Shown here: piece by piece, positions 17,139 through 27,324 of the stretch
Layout: every line of letters starts with the position of its first letter
Position numbering within the stretch: position 1 is the stretch's first letter
Source: a virus
Lineage: Duplodnaviria; Heunggongvirae; Uroviricota; Caudoviricetes
IMG/VR virus record: IMGVR_UViG_3300029828_000006
Location: 1 to 64,000 of that record
Length of the DNA stretch: 64,000 bases
Reading direction: 5' to 3' (one strand)
Made by a program: the position numbers and the translations under genes
Notes under the pieces: model-generated
Seen by the model: only the letters and a program-made list of their open reading frames with translations
Database searches by the model: none
Told to the model about the DNA's origin: nothing

Positions 17139-18362
17139 TTATTTCCCATAAAGATCTTCTACACCCCCATTCTTCTTATCCCATTCGTTCGCCCATACCC
17201 GGCAAGCGTCAATGATTTCCTGACGACGATCTCCTTGCATGAACGGAATGCTTTCATGGAAACAGCTTGGAATGCAGGCCACACTGAATACAGTATCAAA
17301 CTCCGTCTGCTTGATTGCCTCCAGCGTCTCCGGACGCATTTTTAATTCATCGATTGGCGCATCCTTAGAGTCCATAATCCGGCGATATAAGCGCGGAAAA
17401 TCCGTCTCCAGGTACGCCATAATTTTATCTGCGAGACATTCGTCTATGTCGGTATTCCAGTCCTTTTCGAAGCCCGGCAGGCGATAGTAAAGCGGCGTTC
17501 CCCATACCGATGGGATCACATCCATCGTTAACAGGCGATTAGTTCTGATTTGTTGATGGTAATTAGCCGTCAGCAGTGCTTCGCCACGCTGCCCAGTTTC
17601 CGCAACCAGGCCGTGCGGATACTCATGGATGTAGGCAATGGCATCCCTTCCATCATACATAAGTGGAAATGTCTCTGGTCTTTGTCCCATGCCACAAGCA
17701 CGGTTCAGATCGTGACCAAGCTGTGAGCACTCTCGCTTTAATGTTTCGATAATGCTCTGCGCTGTAGCCAACTTTTTACGCAGTGTGACGCCTTCGCCTT
17801 GATAATCAATGCATTGCTGATTGAGCTTGGTTAAACGCTCTTTTAGTTCCCGGCGCTCTCTTTTCAGCGTGCGGTTATCCTTCTCCGCAACATCCAGCCG
17901 CTTTGTCAGGCTGGGCGGATAGTCTTTTTTGTAACGGTTCAAATCGGCTTCGGCAGATTTACGCAGTGTATTTGCCTGTTCAAGACGCGCTTCCAGATTG
18001 CCGATCTCATTACGCATATTCGCGGCAAATTGATTAACTGCATCGCCCAGGCTTTCAACTGTCGCTGATACGCCTGTGACTTGTGAAAAACGGATCAAGC
18101 CATCATTAACGGCTTGTTGGTATTCCTCAAACTGATCCACCAGCTTATTGTAATCAACTGCCCCATCATCAAGCAGCTTGTTGATTTCCGCCACCAGGTT
18201 ATCTGTAGTGGCAATGACACTCTCGTGCAGTCGCTTTGACAGGTCATCTCCCGGATTCCGTTTCTGTATAAGAGCGATTTGTGTGCGCAGCGTTTCAATT
18301 GCTGTCGAGATAATTTCCAGATTAGAAGTATCAGTGTGTTGACTCATTGCTGTTCCCGTCAC
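17139..18362 (-). CDS. hypothetical coiled-coil protein (407 aa)
   Basis: ATG with GGGA RBS; N-terminal 200 aa heptad-rich, C-terminal globular domain unrecognised; motif at both ends. Confidence 0.55.
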   Translation of the reverse strand: MTGTAMSQHTDTSNLEIISTAIETLRTQIALIQKRNPGDDLSKRLHESVIATTDNLVAEINKLLDDGAVDYNKLVDQFEEYQQAVNDGLIRFSQVTGVSATVESLGDAVNQFAANMRNEIGNLEARLEQANTLRKSAEADLNRYKKDYPPSLTKRLDVAEKDNRTLKRERRELKERLTKLNQQCIDYQGEGVTLRKKLATAQSIIETLKRECSQLGHDLNRACGMGQRPETFPLMYDGRDAIAYIHEYPHGLVAETGQRGEALLTANYHQQIRTNRLLTMDVIPSVWGTPLYYRLPGFEKDWNTDIDECLADKIMAYLETDFPRLYRRIMDSKDAPIDELKMRPETLEAIKQTEFDTVFSVACIPSCFHESIPFMQGDRRQEIIDACRVWANEWDKKNGGVEDLYGK

Positions 18363-18372
18363 TTTGTTAAAT

Positions 18373-18388
18373 TAGTTTTCTAACATAT
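18373..18388 (-). promoter_or_regulatory. conserved motif (rc TATGTTAGAAAACTAA)
   Basis: 26 nt upstream of the 17139..18362 start codon. Confidence 0.45.
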
Positions 18389-18426
18389 TTTATTAGTTTG
18401 ATGACGGTATCGGAAGATGCAATAAA

Positions 18427-18456
18427 CAAAAAACCCGCTAATTGGCGGGTTTTTAT
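18427..18456. terminator. bidirectional rho-independent terminator
   Basis: AAACCCGC-loop-GCGGGTTT flanked by A-run and T-run. Confidence 0.65.
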
Positions 18457-18460
18457 GCAA

Positions 18461-18775
18461 TTACTGTGTTGCAGCCTGATAAATAAGATACGCGATAAAT
18501 ACAGGTACGATGGCCCATTGCAGCAATGAAAGTAGCCTCATTACTGTTATTGGGGTAACTCCATCCACGTATTGTTTCTCTGACATTTTCCCTAACCAAC
18601 TAACCGACAACAGTGCCGAGTTTTCCCCCAATTCCAGCTCTCTGAGAGCTTCACGGATTAACGGCGCTGTCACAGCCTTAACCGGTGTGCTCAACGTGAT
18701 ACTCCGCGTCCTCCCCGCATCGTCAGCGAACGCCAGACTCACATAATATTTTTTGCTCAATGTACAAACTCCCAA
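18461..18775 (-). CDS. small protein with C-terminal transmembrane helix (104 aa)
   Basis: Hydrophobic C-terminus LLSLLQWAIVPVFIAYLIY. Confidence 0.4.
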   Translation of the reverse strand: MGVCTLSKKYYVSLAFADDAGRTRSITLSTPVKAVTAPLIREALRELELGENSALLSVSWLGKMSEKQYVDGVTPITVMRLLSLLQWAIVPVFIAYLIYQAATQ

Positions 18776-18957
18776 TCATCAGCGCTTGCACTTTCCGGGG
18801 TTATGTGAACCTTATCGCCAGTAACAATATTGCGAGCTTCAAAACTTCCATTGATACGTTTCGAGATCTCAATACATAGAGCCTGCTGCCATGAGCGACG
18901 ACGAGCGATAGCATTAGTTCCTGCAGGGATAAGTTCTGCCACGTTAAGTAAACGCAA
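18757..18957 (-). CDS. hypothetical small protein (66 aa)
   Basis: ORF overlapping downstream gene start. Confidence 0.3.
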   Translation of the reverse strand: MRLLNVAELIPAGTNAIARRRSWQQALCIEISKRINGSFEARNIVTGDKVHITPESASADDWEFVH

Positions 18958-18971
18958 AACGATTTCTCCGT

Positions 18972-19466
18972 TTAATCAAGACAAACATACTCCGTGATAG
19001 CTTTTATGGCTTCAGCGGCACTGCGCGCCTCAAAGCAGTAGTAACCGGCTTCAGTGAGGCGGGTCATCCAGACGAGTTGTTCGGGAGTCAGGCGATTTCT
19101 CCCATGTTTCATCTCAATGCGCATTCCGTGGTATCCCCCACAAGCAAGGTCTATAGAAAGATCGGGATATCCCTTCTTTTGGCCCTCTGCCACCATTTTT
19201 ATTGCCGTCCTTATGCCTCGCAGGCCACCGTTTGGAGTGGCGTGAGTATGCTCATACACATAACGCATATTGCGATACAACCAGTCCAGGACGCGAACCT
19301 GCTCGTAATGCTCATGGTTCCTTTTGATTAGATCTGGGTTTTTCTCCAGTTCTCTAAGAGCTGCGGCATGTGGGGATGTTTCAGAATATTCACTGCGACG
19401 CCTTCTCTTTCGCGCTATTTTTCTAACACACCCATTGATGGTAAATATGCGAAATAATAACAACAA
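18972..19466 (-). CDS. VRR-NUC domain nuclease (true start probably internal)
   Basis: KGYPDLSIDLACGGYHGMRIEMK matches PD-(D/E)xK VRR-NUC core; conserved motif lies inside the first 20 codons. Confidence 0.5.
   Translation of the reverse strand: MLLLFRIFTINGCVRKIARKRRRRSEYSETSPHAAALRELEKNPDLIKRNHEHYEQVRVLDWLYRNMRYVYEHTHATPNGGLRGIRTAIKMVAEGQKKGYPDLSIDLACGGYHGMRIEMKHGRNRLTPEQLVWMTRLTEAGYYCFEARSAAEAIKAITEYVCLD
19415..19430 (-). promoter_or_regulatory. conserved motif (rc TGTGTTAGAAAAATA)
   Basis: Inside the annotated N-terminus of the VRR-NUC ORF, implying a later true start. Confidence 0.35.
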
Positions 19467-19602
19467 CGTTAGATTTGTAAAACAAGAGAGATACTACTCA
19501 AGGATGGTCTATATGCAACAGGTCGGATTTGCTTTTAGAGTAAAGAGTGACCTTAATCAACAAGGAGGGTAAATCGCATGGCATTTACCCAACCTGTTAT
19601 TT

Positions 19603-19863
19603 TTAAAGGGTTATTTTATCCTGTTCGGATAATTCTTTGATTGTCTTGTCGATTGCGATCAACCAACCTTCATAGGTTAAATCATCAACAAGTTCTACCA
19701 ACTTATCATCGGTGTGAGGAAAGTATATCCAGCTCCAGTTCGCAGGGTTTTCTGCTTTTCGCAGCGTAAAAACCTTCTTGTAACGGTGGAACTCAAGGAC
19801 ATACCCCTTCGATATGGAATATTCCTTTAGGTCTTCGACCGTAAACCTACGATTCTTTCGCAT
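19603..19863 (-). CDS. hypothetical protein (86 aa)
   Basis: No domain recognised. Confidence 0.4.
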   Translation of the reverse strand: MRKNRRFTVEDLKEYSISKGYVLEFHRYKKVFTLRKAENPANWSWIYFPHTDDKLVELVDDLTYEGWLIAIDKTIKELSEQDKITL

Positions 19864-19865
19864 GG

Positions 19866-20300
19866 CTACCCCATGATTCGATATTTCTCTATAGACTCGT
19901 CGTAACTTATGTACACGTATGGCTCGGTATCATCAGCATAAGGTGCGACTTCCAGAGCATGAACGGGATTGTATACCGCGTCATTTTCCAGGCGATCGCT
20001 CGAATACAGATGCCCAGCCAAAACCGTAAGCGCCGGGCGACTCATTTTGTAGATCTCTGCCACATCACTATCTACAACTTGTCCAAATGATATGTCGCCG
20101 CGCTCCAGCAATATCGTTTTGAGCGCGGGCCACCACGGACCATAAAGGTGATAAAGCTGTGGATTTTTCTTCAGTCTTTCTACCATGCCATCAAGATAAA
20201 CTGTCAGGTATTCTTCTTCACTCCTGCCATTGAGCGCCTGCGGCAAAATGTCCTCAAGGTAGGATTCCGTCGGTTTTACAGTGTCAATTAATGTCGTCAT
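19866..20300 (-). CDS. hypothetical protein (144 aa), immediately upstream of darB
   Basis: Occupies the ulx position relative to darB in P1. Confidence 0.45.
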   Translation of the reverse strand: MTTLIDTVKPTESYLEDILPQALNGRSEEEYLTVYLDGMVERLKKNPQLYHLYGPWWPALKTILLERGDISFGQVVDSDVAEIYKMSRPALTVLAGHLYSSDRLENDAVYNPVHALEVAPYADDTEPYVYISYDESIEKYRIMG

Positions 20301-20336
20301 TCAAATTCGGCCCCGGTTGGGGCCGCTCCTTATCTG

Positions 20337-23300
20337 TTAGGCCGCATCGGCGATTATTTTACGCAGTTCATCTACCGAGTAACGCGTAGATACCATCCAT
20401 GCAGGACGGTCAAAGTTCACATCAGCAACCGGGTTTGCTTCAAAATTCCAGAAACGCCCGCCAATCTTCTTAATCGCGTCTTTGGCGTTCCGTATTGTCG
20501 AGGAACCTGGCTGGTCGGCAATGAGATAAACCGCGCCAACGTCTTCGCTGACGCTCCACCAGCGCCCGCGAACACGCGCCTTAGCGCGAATCGGCTTATC
20601 ATTAACCACAATGATATAGTCATCATTCGCCGCTTCATCAGCTCTTGCTTCAGCCACTGCCGCCTGCTCTTCTCTTTTGCTTTCAGCCTGCTCAAGCCTT
20701 TTCGCGATCTCTGATTCAGTGGCCCCGCCGTTTTTCAGCGATACATAGTCCTGCCACGTTGCCGATTTGAGCGCATCCGGCAACTCATTCACATAGTCGC
20801 CGTCTTTCAACTCACGGGCGCGACGGGTAGCCATTTCTACCAGGCGATTAACAGAAACAGCATCAGCAAAATCGTCCTTACTAATGTGTTTTTCATCAAA
20901 TGCATTGATGACAGCCCCAACCTTAATCCACTGTGCTGCCGGTGATTCCAAGGGGTTATCAGCCTGAACAATGGCGAGTTTCGCTCCATCTACCCCATTA
21001 TTCGCCAGCTGTTCCAATGCCGCCCATCCATCTGCATCACTGAGTGATTTATATTGCTCAAACAATGCATCGCGCCAGGCCACCAGCGCAGAACGTGTTT
21101 TTTCGATCTTCGCCTTAATTTTCGCGATCTTGACCTGATTAAACATCCGTTCAATATCATCGATATTGCTAAAGGCTTTCATCCTGCCCTGGAATAAACG
21201 GTATGCCAGCACGGTCCTCCAGAATGATTCCAGACCTTCTCCGGACGGTTTACGGAACAAGCTAAGAATATCTTCAGAAGTGACTTTATTAAGCGAACGA
21301 CCTGACAGACCACGCCCAGCCATCCAGTTTTCGAACTCCTGGGCAACATCATCCATCGTTGCTTGTGCGCCCCATGCCTGCATTCCCTGGATGTAATCAT
21401 ACCCATACAATGCCTGGAGGAATCCCTCTCCGTCCACGATATTCAGCGGATTATCACTGGCTTGTATTTTTGCCACTTCACGCTTCAGCGCCTCATTGTT
21501 GATATCAGGGTAAATCCACTGCTCTGGTGCAATATCCGATGTACGCCCGATTTTCTGTCCTATCATGCCATCATAGGTCGATGACAGCGCGATCTGACCA
21601 TCATCTGTGCGATAAGCCCAGTATTTAATAGCTGACCCACCGCCCCATGCATTACCAGGTTTACCAGCAATAACATTCATTACCCCATTGCGAATAGCAT
21701 CATAGAACTGATCGCGAGTAAGTATTGTTGATAGCTGGTGGCACTGAACACCACGCGCAGCCGTTGCGCGCGATTCAGCTACCCCCTCTTCAAAAGTTAC
21801 CGCTTCAATCACAGAGTCAAACGGCAATGTAACGATTGACCCCGGTGCTCGAGCGTAACGACTTGCTCTATCCAGCCAGGCGATACGGCAGAGGTATTGT
21901 GCTTTTTCACCGTCAATTTTTTCCACCCGGACAATCGCTGTTGTTTCGCGATCATCAATGACTGCACGGTAATAACTACCTTTATGCAACAGGATATTCT
22001 TGTCAGTGCGCATATATTCCTGTGGGTTCTGAATAACATCGATACTGATATCCAGCACACCAGACTTAATAGCGCGCTCCACATCACCACGAGAGCGTTT
22101 CATTATGGTATCCGCGTCTTTTGCCCTGGTGATCGCAAACCGCAGCACCCGCGCACGTTTTCTGTAGCTACTCAACTGCTCAAGCGCGTATTTTTGCCCA
22201 TTCCTGTTCGTACCCGCTTTTATCAGGTCGTCAAGATTGCGCTGGTAATACTCTATCTGTTCCATCGCGCTTTTCAGTTCTGTCTCCATCATGCCGATAT
22301 CTTTTCCGGCGGCGTTTGCCGCTTTCAGGTAGATATCGAGAGCATTGTTGGCCTCGCGCTGTGCTTTCAGTTTCAGACGTTCTTCACGCTCTTGCGCCTG
22401 GCGAGCCATGATTGCGCGGCGTTCTTCCGGGTTTGCCGCCAGCATAATGGCGCGTTCATCAGCATCATCCGCATCACCATTGGCGATCTCTGACATGTCG
22501 GAGGTCATCACCATCTTGATCCAATCTTTCTTACGTTTCAGCGTATCCAGACGGAAGTCGTCGAATGTGCCTTTGCCACAATAGTAGTGAACATTGACCT
22601 TCTCTTGCGGTGAACCTACGCGCGCACCGCGCCCATTTCGTTGGTCGATACTGGCTGGTGTCCAGGGTAGTGTCAGGTGGTGGATATCGGTTGTCCCGAT
22701 GTGCAGGTTAATACCTACTTCAGCCTTCTTGTTACAGATTATGATACGCGTGCGACCTTCGTTATAGTCGGCGGCAATACCTTCCATGCCCTCAAGGCCA
22801 GCATCATTTTTAGCTGAGAGATAATCCTCATATTGGGCAAGTTTGCTGTAGTAGGTTTCCCATGCCCCTTCTTTGTATTCACCGTTTTTGTTTGGAGTAG
22901 GTTCGGTCGGCTTATTCACCTTCTTCAGCTTGATGCCGCCAGCCTGGCTAACTGTCGTTGCATTGATAATGCCAATCTCCTGCTCCGGCATTTGCAGTGC
23001 ACTGGCGATAATACGGCGCAGCTTCTGGTGCTGGGCTTTTTCATCAATAAAGACGATCTGCTTACCGTTCTTCAGACCTTCACGAAGATTTTCGATCAGC
23101 GCGGCATACTTCGGCGGGATGGGGTGCGATACCTGCTGCATATCAATACCGGCAGCCGCAATGGCCTTAAGTATTTCAGCTTCCAGTTCAATGCTGGCAC
23201 GTATTTCAACATGCGTCGGATGTTCACTAAAAGCGGTCTTCACTACCTTGCTGGTACGCGTACTGACCAGCCCGCCAGCGCCGTCTTCCTCGGCCTCATC

Positions 23301-26300
23301 AACATCATCTGCCACTTTACCGCCAGCTACTTTTGGCAAGGCATCAGCAATAGCTTTTACCTGGTCTGCAAGCTCAACGGGGAACTGGAATGTAATCGCA
23401 CTGGCATACAGATCCGGGTCTATAGCAACCTTGTCCATGTCACGGATGATGGAGAAGATGAAATCATCCGGTTTGTCGTTAGTGATATGCCCGTTTTCAT
23501 CGACTGTCAGCTCATCATTGCGACTTAACTCCTGAGCACGCTTACGAAGCTCTTCATAAGCAGTCTCCTGCTCCCCTGTCATCGGGATCTGCAAGGTGTT
23601 CTCAATGATGTCGGGAATTTTAACCGTTGCTCCGACATCTGCAGCAGTCTTCAGAGTGGTCCAACGATGGAAAATACCACGCAGGCCGTCAAGGTTCTGG
23701 AAGCCCACCAGCCCCTGCTTCTCTTCCACTTCCCCGGAAATTTTCTGGACCTGAACTGTGGCTGTTTTGCCAAACACACGAACGAAATCATCAGGCGTAA
23801 TGATGCCCATGCGCATCCACTCTTCCTGCGGAATGACAGTAGACAGCATGTTGAAGGCATCAATCGGACTGTTCACCAGCGGAGTTGCCGTCAGCATGAC
23901 TACACCACGCCCGTTGTTGCGTTTCATCATGTACGCAGCTTTTACAGCCATGTCGCGGGCCATCTTGGATACTGCCGGGTTAGGCAAATATGCCAGTTGT
24001 CCCGCTTCACGCCCGGCATTAAAGGAGTTGCGGTAGTTATGCCCCTCGTCGGCAATCACGCTATCGAAGTTCATATCCTCAAAGTACGGGATATTCTGCT
24101 TCTTCGTTGTACCGGTATTCGCGGCCTGATCCTTAATCTTGTTCTTCTTCTGCGCATCACGGTGTTTACCGGACGCCAGGTCAAGACGCCCCATTTCCAC
24201 AGCATTAAAGACAGCTTGCTGTGAGTTCTCCTCGATGGTTTTTTCTCGTAGCGGGATAGACGCGAATTGTTCTTTTGTCATGATGACCGTTCGCCAATTT
24301 GACGACGGGATCATGTTCATGCGCTGAACGATAACGGCGCTGGCGGACTCTTTCACAACATTTCTGGTAAGAGGCTGCCCGTTACTGTCGAGGCGTGGTT
24401 CGCCATTTTCATCAAGCACCGGCGCGGTCAGAATATTTCCGCTGTCATCACGAACTTCATCCAAACCGATAAACATCATATTGGCGAAGGCATCAGCACT
24501 GTAGAAACTCTGTGCCTCGTGATACCAGTTCTGATAAACCGCCTTCGGAACAACAATACACGTGCGTTTAGTGCGACCTGTTTCGAAGTTATACGCCTCA
24601 AGCGCAAGCGCGGTCGTGGTTTTACCCAGCCCGGTACCAAATCCCATGATGCCGCGCCCATCTTCTGACAAGCGCCGAACTTCTTCATTCTGATAAGTAA
24701 GAGGAATGCGCTTTCCACTAAGCCCTTCCAGGCCAAGCGGTGCGTCAGAATGCGTGAACGGAATGAAACCATTGAATGCGTCGTTATACTCGCGGGCTAT
24801 CTGATCAGCCTGCGGGTGAGTGCGTAACCAGTCGTTAAAACTAACTTCCAGTTGAGCAATTTTATCCAGGTACTCGTTAGCGTTCTGCCCACGCGGTTTA
24901 ACACCGTTCAGGTAGTTTTCTAACTGGTTCAGGAAGCCGTCTTTATTGTTGGCCTTCTTGAACTCATTCCCGTTTTTGCCGTTTACGGTTCGTAGCTGAT
25001 AGCCGGTAAATACCCCGTCCTTACCTTCGTAATCGTCCGGAGATACCAGAATGCCATCGACGACCTTCAGATCAGGTTCAGTGTACTTAAACTCGTCATA
25101 GCCCTGCTCTGCCAGGAACTCTTTTATCAAGCGGCGATCCAGCCAGCGGGCATTCAGATTAACGGTGACTTTATTTAGTGGCGTGAAAATACGTTTCTCT
25201 TCGATTTTCGCCAACTGACGCTCAAAGTTCGCTTTCTGCTCACCTGTTGACGCATCACGCCAGCCCATCAGCAATGCTGTTTTGGTTGCAATATCGCCGC
25301 TGGTGGCGCGGTCCATCGGCAGCAGGCAGCCATACCCATCAATAGCGATATCATCAAATTTCGCCAGGTATTCAAGGGCCGCGTCGTCGTCCTCTGGCAG
25401 TTCACCAGCAAACGCCTCACGAAAGTCTCCCAGCGTTATAGGATTAAGGGCTACATCACTGAAAAGATGTGCTATCACTTGTTCAGGACGTGTAAAGTCA
25501 ATACCGGCAGCACCATCCGTTACATCAAGTCGCCCTGCCAGAAGGTCAGAAGTGGAACCATCCTGTTTCACATTGCCAGTGAACGTCATCCAGTTTTTAG
25601 CGCCAGCTTCAGCAAGCCCATTCAGCTTAATGGCGTGCGGTGGCCCATACTTCGCAACTTCTGCTGCCGCCAGGCGGGATGCATCTGCCAGTTTGTCATC
25701 AACGTTCACACCCAGGTTACGCAAATCAAGTGCCTTGTTGATCAACTGACCTATCAGCGCACCGCGCATAACGCGCTCCCTGTCTTTTTCTCGCTGCTTG
25801 CCAGCAAAGCGAATCATTGCTGCCACTTCATCACTGACAACCGATGGATAGTCGGACGCGATCGCCGATATCTGGTCCCATGACAAAGCCAGAATCCCGT
25901 TTGTTGACTGGAACGCGATCTGCAGATCGCCAAACGTCGAAACACCATATCGACTTACATCAAGCGCGGAGGATTTGGTTGTCGTGTCCTTAACCCATTT
26001 CAGACCATCAAACTCATGCCAGATACCGCCTACAAGGCGTTTATCGCCCACTTTCGCGCCCTGCCATGCCTGAGTAGTTACGCCGAGCAAATCCCAATTG
26101 ATGCGACTATCAAAGCGACGAGATAGCGCGGTTTTCATCGACTCATTGGATACACGACCGTCTTTTTTCACCACCAGGGTATTGCGGAAGCTGGTACGTT
26201 CCATGTCGCCGTAAACAAATCGCTTCCCTTCGGTTGTAAACCATTTTCCTTTGAGGAAGGTATCCCAAAGGACGTTTGCCGATTTGAGTGTTGAATCATC

Positions 26301-27173
26301 CGTGTCGGGGATCATCTCCAGGAAGGTTTCCGGGTGTTTACGCAATACCCATACGTCCACCACGGTATCTGTACCGGATTCGCTGAACGTACCGGAAGGC
26401 ATACGATGTGCGCCCAAAAATTCCGCTTTACGGCTGACTTTATCGCGCAATTTTTTATATTTCGCACCATCGGTCATGCCATTTGGCACCACCAATACGA
26501 TAAGCCCACCAGGCTTAACCTTGTCGATCGTGCGCAGCACAAAGTAATTGCCAACGTTCTTCTCGTTTGCATATGCCGGATCAAGCCCGGCAACGCCGGA
26601 ACGCCCTTCACCAAACGGTACGTTACCAACAGCGTGGTCATACATTGCATCTTTCGCCGCCAGCGCCTCAAACGCCCCGATATTCACATCGTCTTCCGGG
26701 TGCAAAAGCTGGTTTATTCGACCAGAAATCGGAGACAGTTCGGCGCTGGTCATTATCATGCCCTGCCGTTTTGTCTCCTGGAAAATACCTGTGCCCGCTG
26801 ATGGTTCCAGTACGTGCCCGCCATCAATACCGTAGTCAGCAAACAGATCCCATATACCTTCAGCCATAAACTGTGGCGTGTAGTATTCGTATTGGCTGCC
26901 CTCACCATCTGTCAGGCCGCCTTCACCGGTATACCCAGCAAGAATCTGACGTTGTTCGTCAGTTAATTTCGCCCCATCGAAGCCGGGCGGAAGGGAATTA
27001 AGAAGATTTACTGCGGCATTGTTTGCTGCCCGGCGTGTTTTCTGAATACTGACGCCATCGGCTTTCCTGACGCCAAAGGTCGCAACAGCACGTAATTTAT
27101 GCAACCGACTAACAATTTCAATCAGTTCGCCTAAGCTGGAGGCTTCACTGATTGAATGAAGTAGTTTGTCCAA
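20337..27173 (-). CDS. darB: DarB-like antirestriction protein (N6-adenine methyltransferase + DExH helicase, 2278 aa)
   Basis: N-terminal EPSAGTG and NVPFG MTase motifs; central GFGTGLGKTT and IADEGH helicase motifs; TTG start with GAGGGGG RBS. Confidence 0.8.
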   Translation of the reverse strand: MDKLLHSISEASSLGELIEIVSRLHKLRAVATFGVRKADGVSIQKTRRAANNAAVNLLNSLPPGFDGAKLTDEQRQILAGYTGEGGLTDGEGSQYEYYTPQFMAEGIWDLFADYGIDGGHVLEPSAGTGIFQETKRQGMIMTSAELSPISGRINQLLHPEDDVNIGAFEALAAKDAMYDHAVGNVPFGEGRSGVAGLDPAYANEKNVGNYFVLRTIDKVKPGGLIVLVVPNGMTDGAKYKKLRDKVSRKAEFLGAHRMPSGTFSESGTDTVVDVWVLRKHPETFLEMIPDTDDSTLKSANVLWDTFLKGKWFTTEGKRFVYGDMERTSFRNTLVVKKDGRVSNESMKTALSRRFDSRINWDLLGVTTQAWQGAKVGDKRLVGGIWHEFDGLKWVKDTTTKSSALDVSRYGVSTFGDLQIAFQSTNGILALSWDQISAIASDYPSVVSDEVAAMIRFAGKQREKDRERVMRGALIGQLINKALDLRNLGVNVDDKLADASRLAAAEVAKYGPPHAIKLNGLAEAGAKNWMTFTGNVKQDGSTSDLLAGRLDVTDGAAGIDFTRPEQVIAHLFSDVALNPITLGDFREAFAGELPEDDDAALEYLAKFDDIAIDGYGCLLPMDRATSGDIATKTALLMGWRDASTGEQKANFERQLAKIEEKRIFTPLNKVTVNLNARWLDRRLIKEFLAEQGYDEFKYTEPDLKVVDGILVSPDDYEGKDGVFTGYQLRTVNGKNGNEFKKANNKDGFLNQLENYLNGVKPRGQNANEYLDKIAQLEVSFNDWLRTHPQADQIAREYNDAFNGFIPFTHSDAPLGLEGLSGKRIPLTYQNEEVRRLSEDGRGIMGFGTGLGKTTTALALEAYNFETGRTKRTCIVVPKAVYQNWYHEAQSFYSADAFANMMFIGLDEVRDDSGNILTAPVLDENGEPRLDSNGQPLTRNVVKESASAVIVQRMNMIPSSNWRTVIMTKEQFASIPLREKTIEENSQQAVFNAVEMGRLDLASGKHRDAQKKNKIKDQAANTGTTKKQNIPYFEDMNFDSVIADEGHNYRNSFNAGREAGQLAYLPNPAVSKMARDMAVKAAYMMKRNNGRGVVMLTATPLVNSPIDAFNMLSTVIPQEEWMRMGIITPDDFVRVFGKTATVQVQKISGEVEEKQGLVGFQNLDGLRGIFHRWTTLKTAADVGATVKIPDIIENTLQIPMTGEQETAYEELRKRAQELSRNDELTVDENGHITNDKPDDFIFSIIRDMDKVAIDPDLYASAITFQFPVELADQVKAIADALPKVAGGKVADDVDEAEEDGAGGLVSTRTSKVVKTAFSEHPTHVEIRASIELEAEILKAIAAAGIDMQQVSHPIPPKYAALIENLREGLKNGKQIVFIDEKAQHQKLRRIIASALQMPEQEIGIINATTVSQAGGIKLKKVNKPTEPTPNKNGEYKEGAWETYYSKLAQYEDYLSAKNDAGLEGMEGIAADYNEGRTRIIICNKKAEVGINLHIGTTDIHHLTLPWTPASIDQRNGRGARVGSPQEKVNVHYYCGKGTFDDFRLDTLKRKKDWIKMVMTSDMSEIANGDADDADERAIMLAANPEERRAIMARQAQEREERLKLKAQREANNALDIYLKAANAAGKDIGMMETELKSAMEQIEYYQRNLDDLIKAGTNRNGQKYALEQLSSYRKRARVLRFAITRAKDADTIMKRSRGDVERAIKSGVLDISIDVIQNPQEYMRTDKNILLHKGSYYRAVIDDRETTAIVRVEKIDGEKAQYLCRIAWLDRASRYARAPGSIVTLPFDSVIEAVTFEEGVAESRATAARGVQCHQLSTILTRDQFYDAIRNGVMNVIAGKPGNAWGGGSAIKYWAYRTDDGQIALSSTYDGMIGQKIGRTSDIAPEQWIYPDINNEALKREVAKIQASDNPLNIVDGEGFLQALYGYDYIQGMQAWGAQATMDDVAQEFENWMAGRGLSGRSLNKVTSEDILSLFRKPSGEGLESFWRTVLAYRLFQGRMKAFSNIDDIERMFNQVKIAKIKAKIEKTRSALVAWRDALFEQYKSLSDADGWAALEQLANNGVDGAKLAIVQADNPLESPAAQWIKVGAVINAFDEKHISKDDFADAVSVNRLVEMATRRARELKDGDYVNELPDALKSATWQDYVSLKNGGATESEIAKRLEQAESKREEQAAVAEARADEAANDDYIIVVNDKPIRAKARVRGRWWSVSEDVGAVYLIADQPGSSTIRNAKDAIKKIGGRFWNFEANPVADVNFDRPAWMVSTRYSVDELRKIIADAA

Positions 27174-27324
27174 AGGATTTCCCCCTCTAAACCGTAAAAA
27201 ATTCCGCTATGCGGTACGGTTGAGAGGGTATGGAGAATGTTATTTTCAGGGGGACGATACTACCGTCAAAATCACATACTCCCCATAGTTTGCCTACTTA
27301 TTAACCCATGACCGGGAGAAAAAT

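Noticed and set aside
22833-23535. Plus-strand ORFs of 200-230 aa inside darB (also 21897-22493, 25282-25883, 26251-26869)
   Set aside because: Antisense to a continuous 2278-aa ORF with clear motifs; translations are Ser/Ala/Arg-rich without starts in context.
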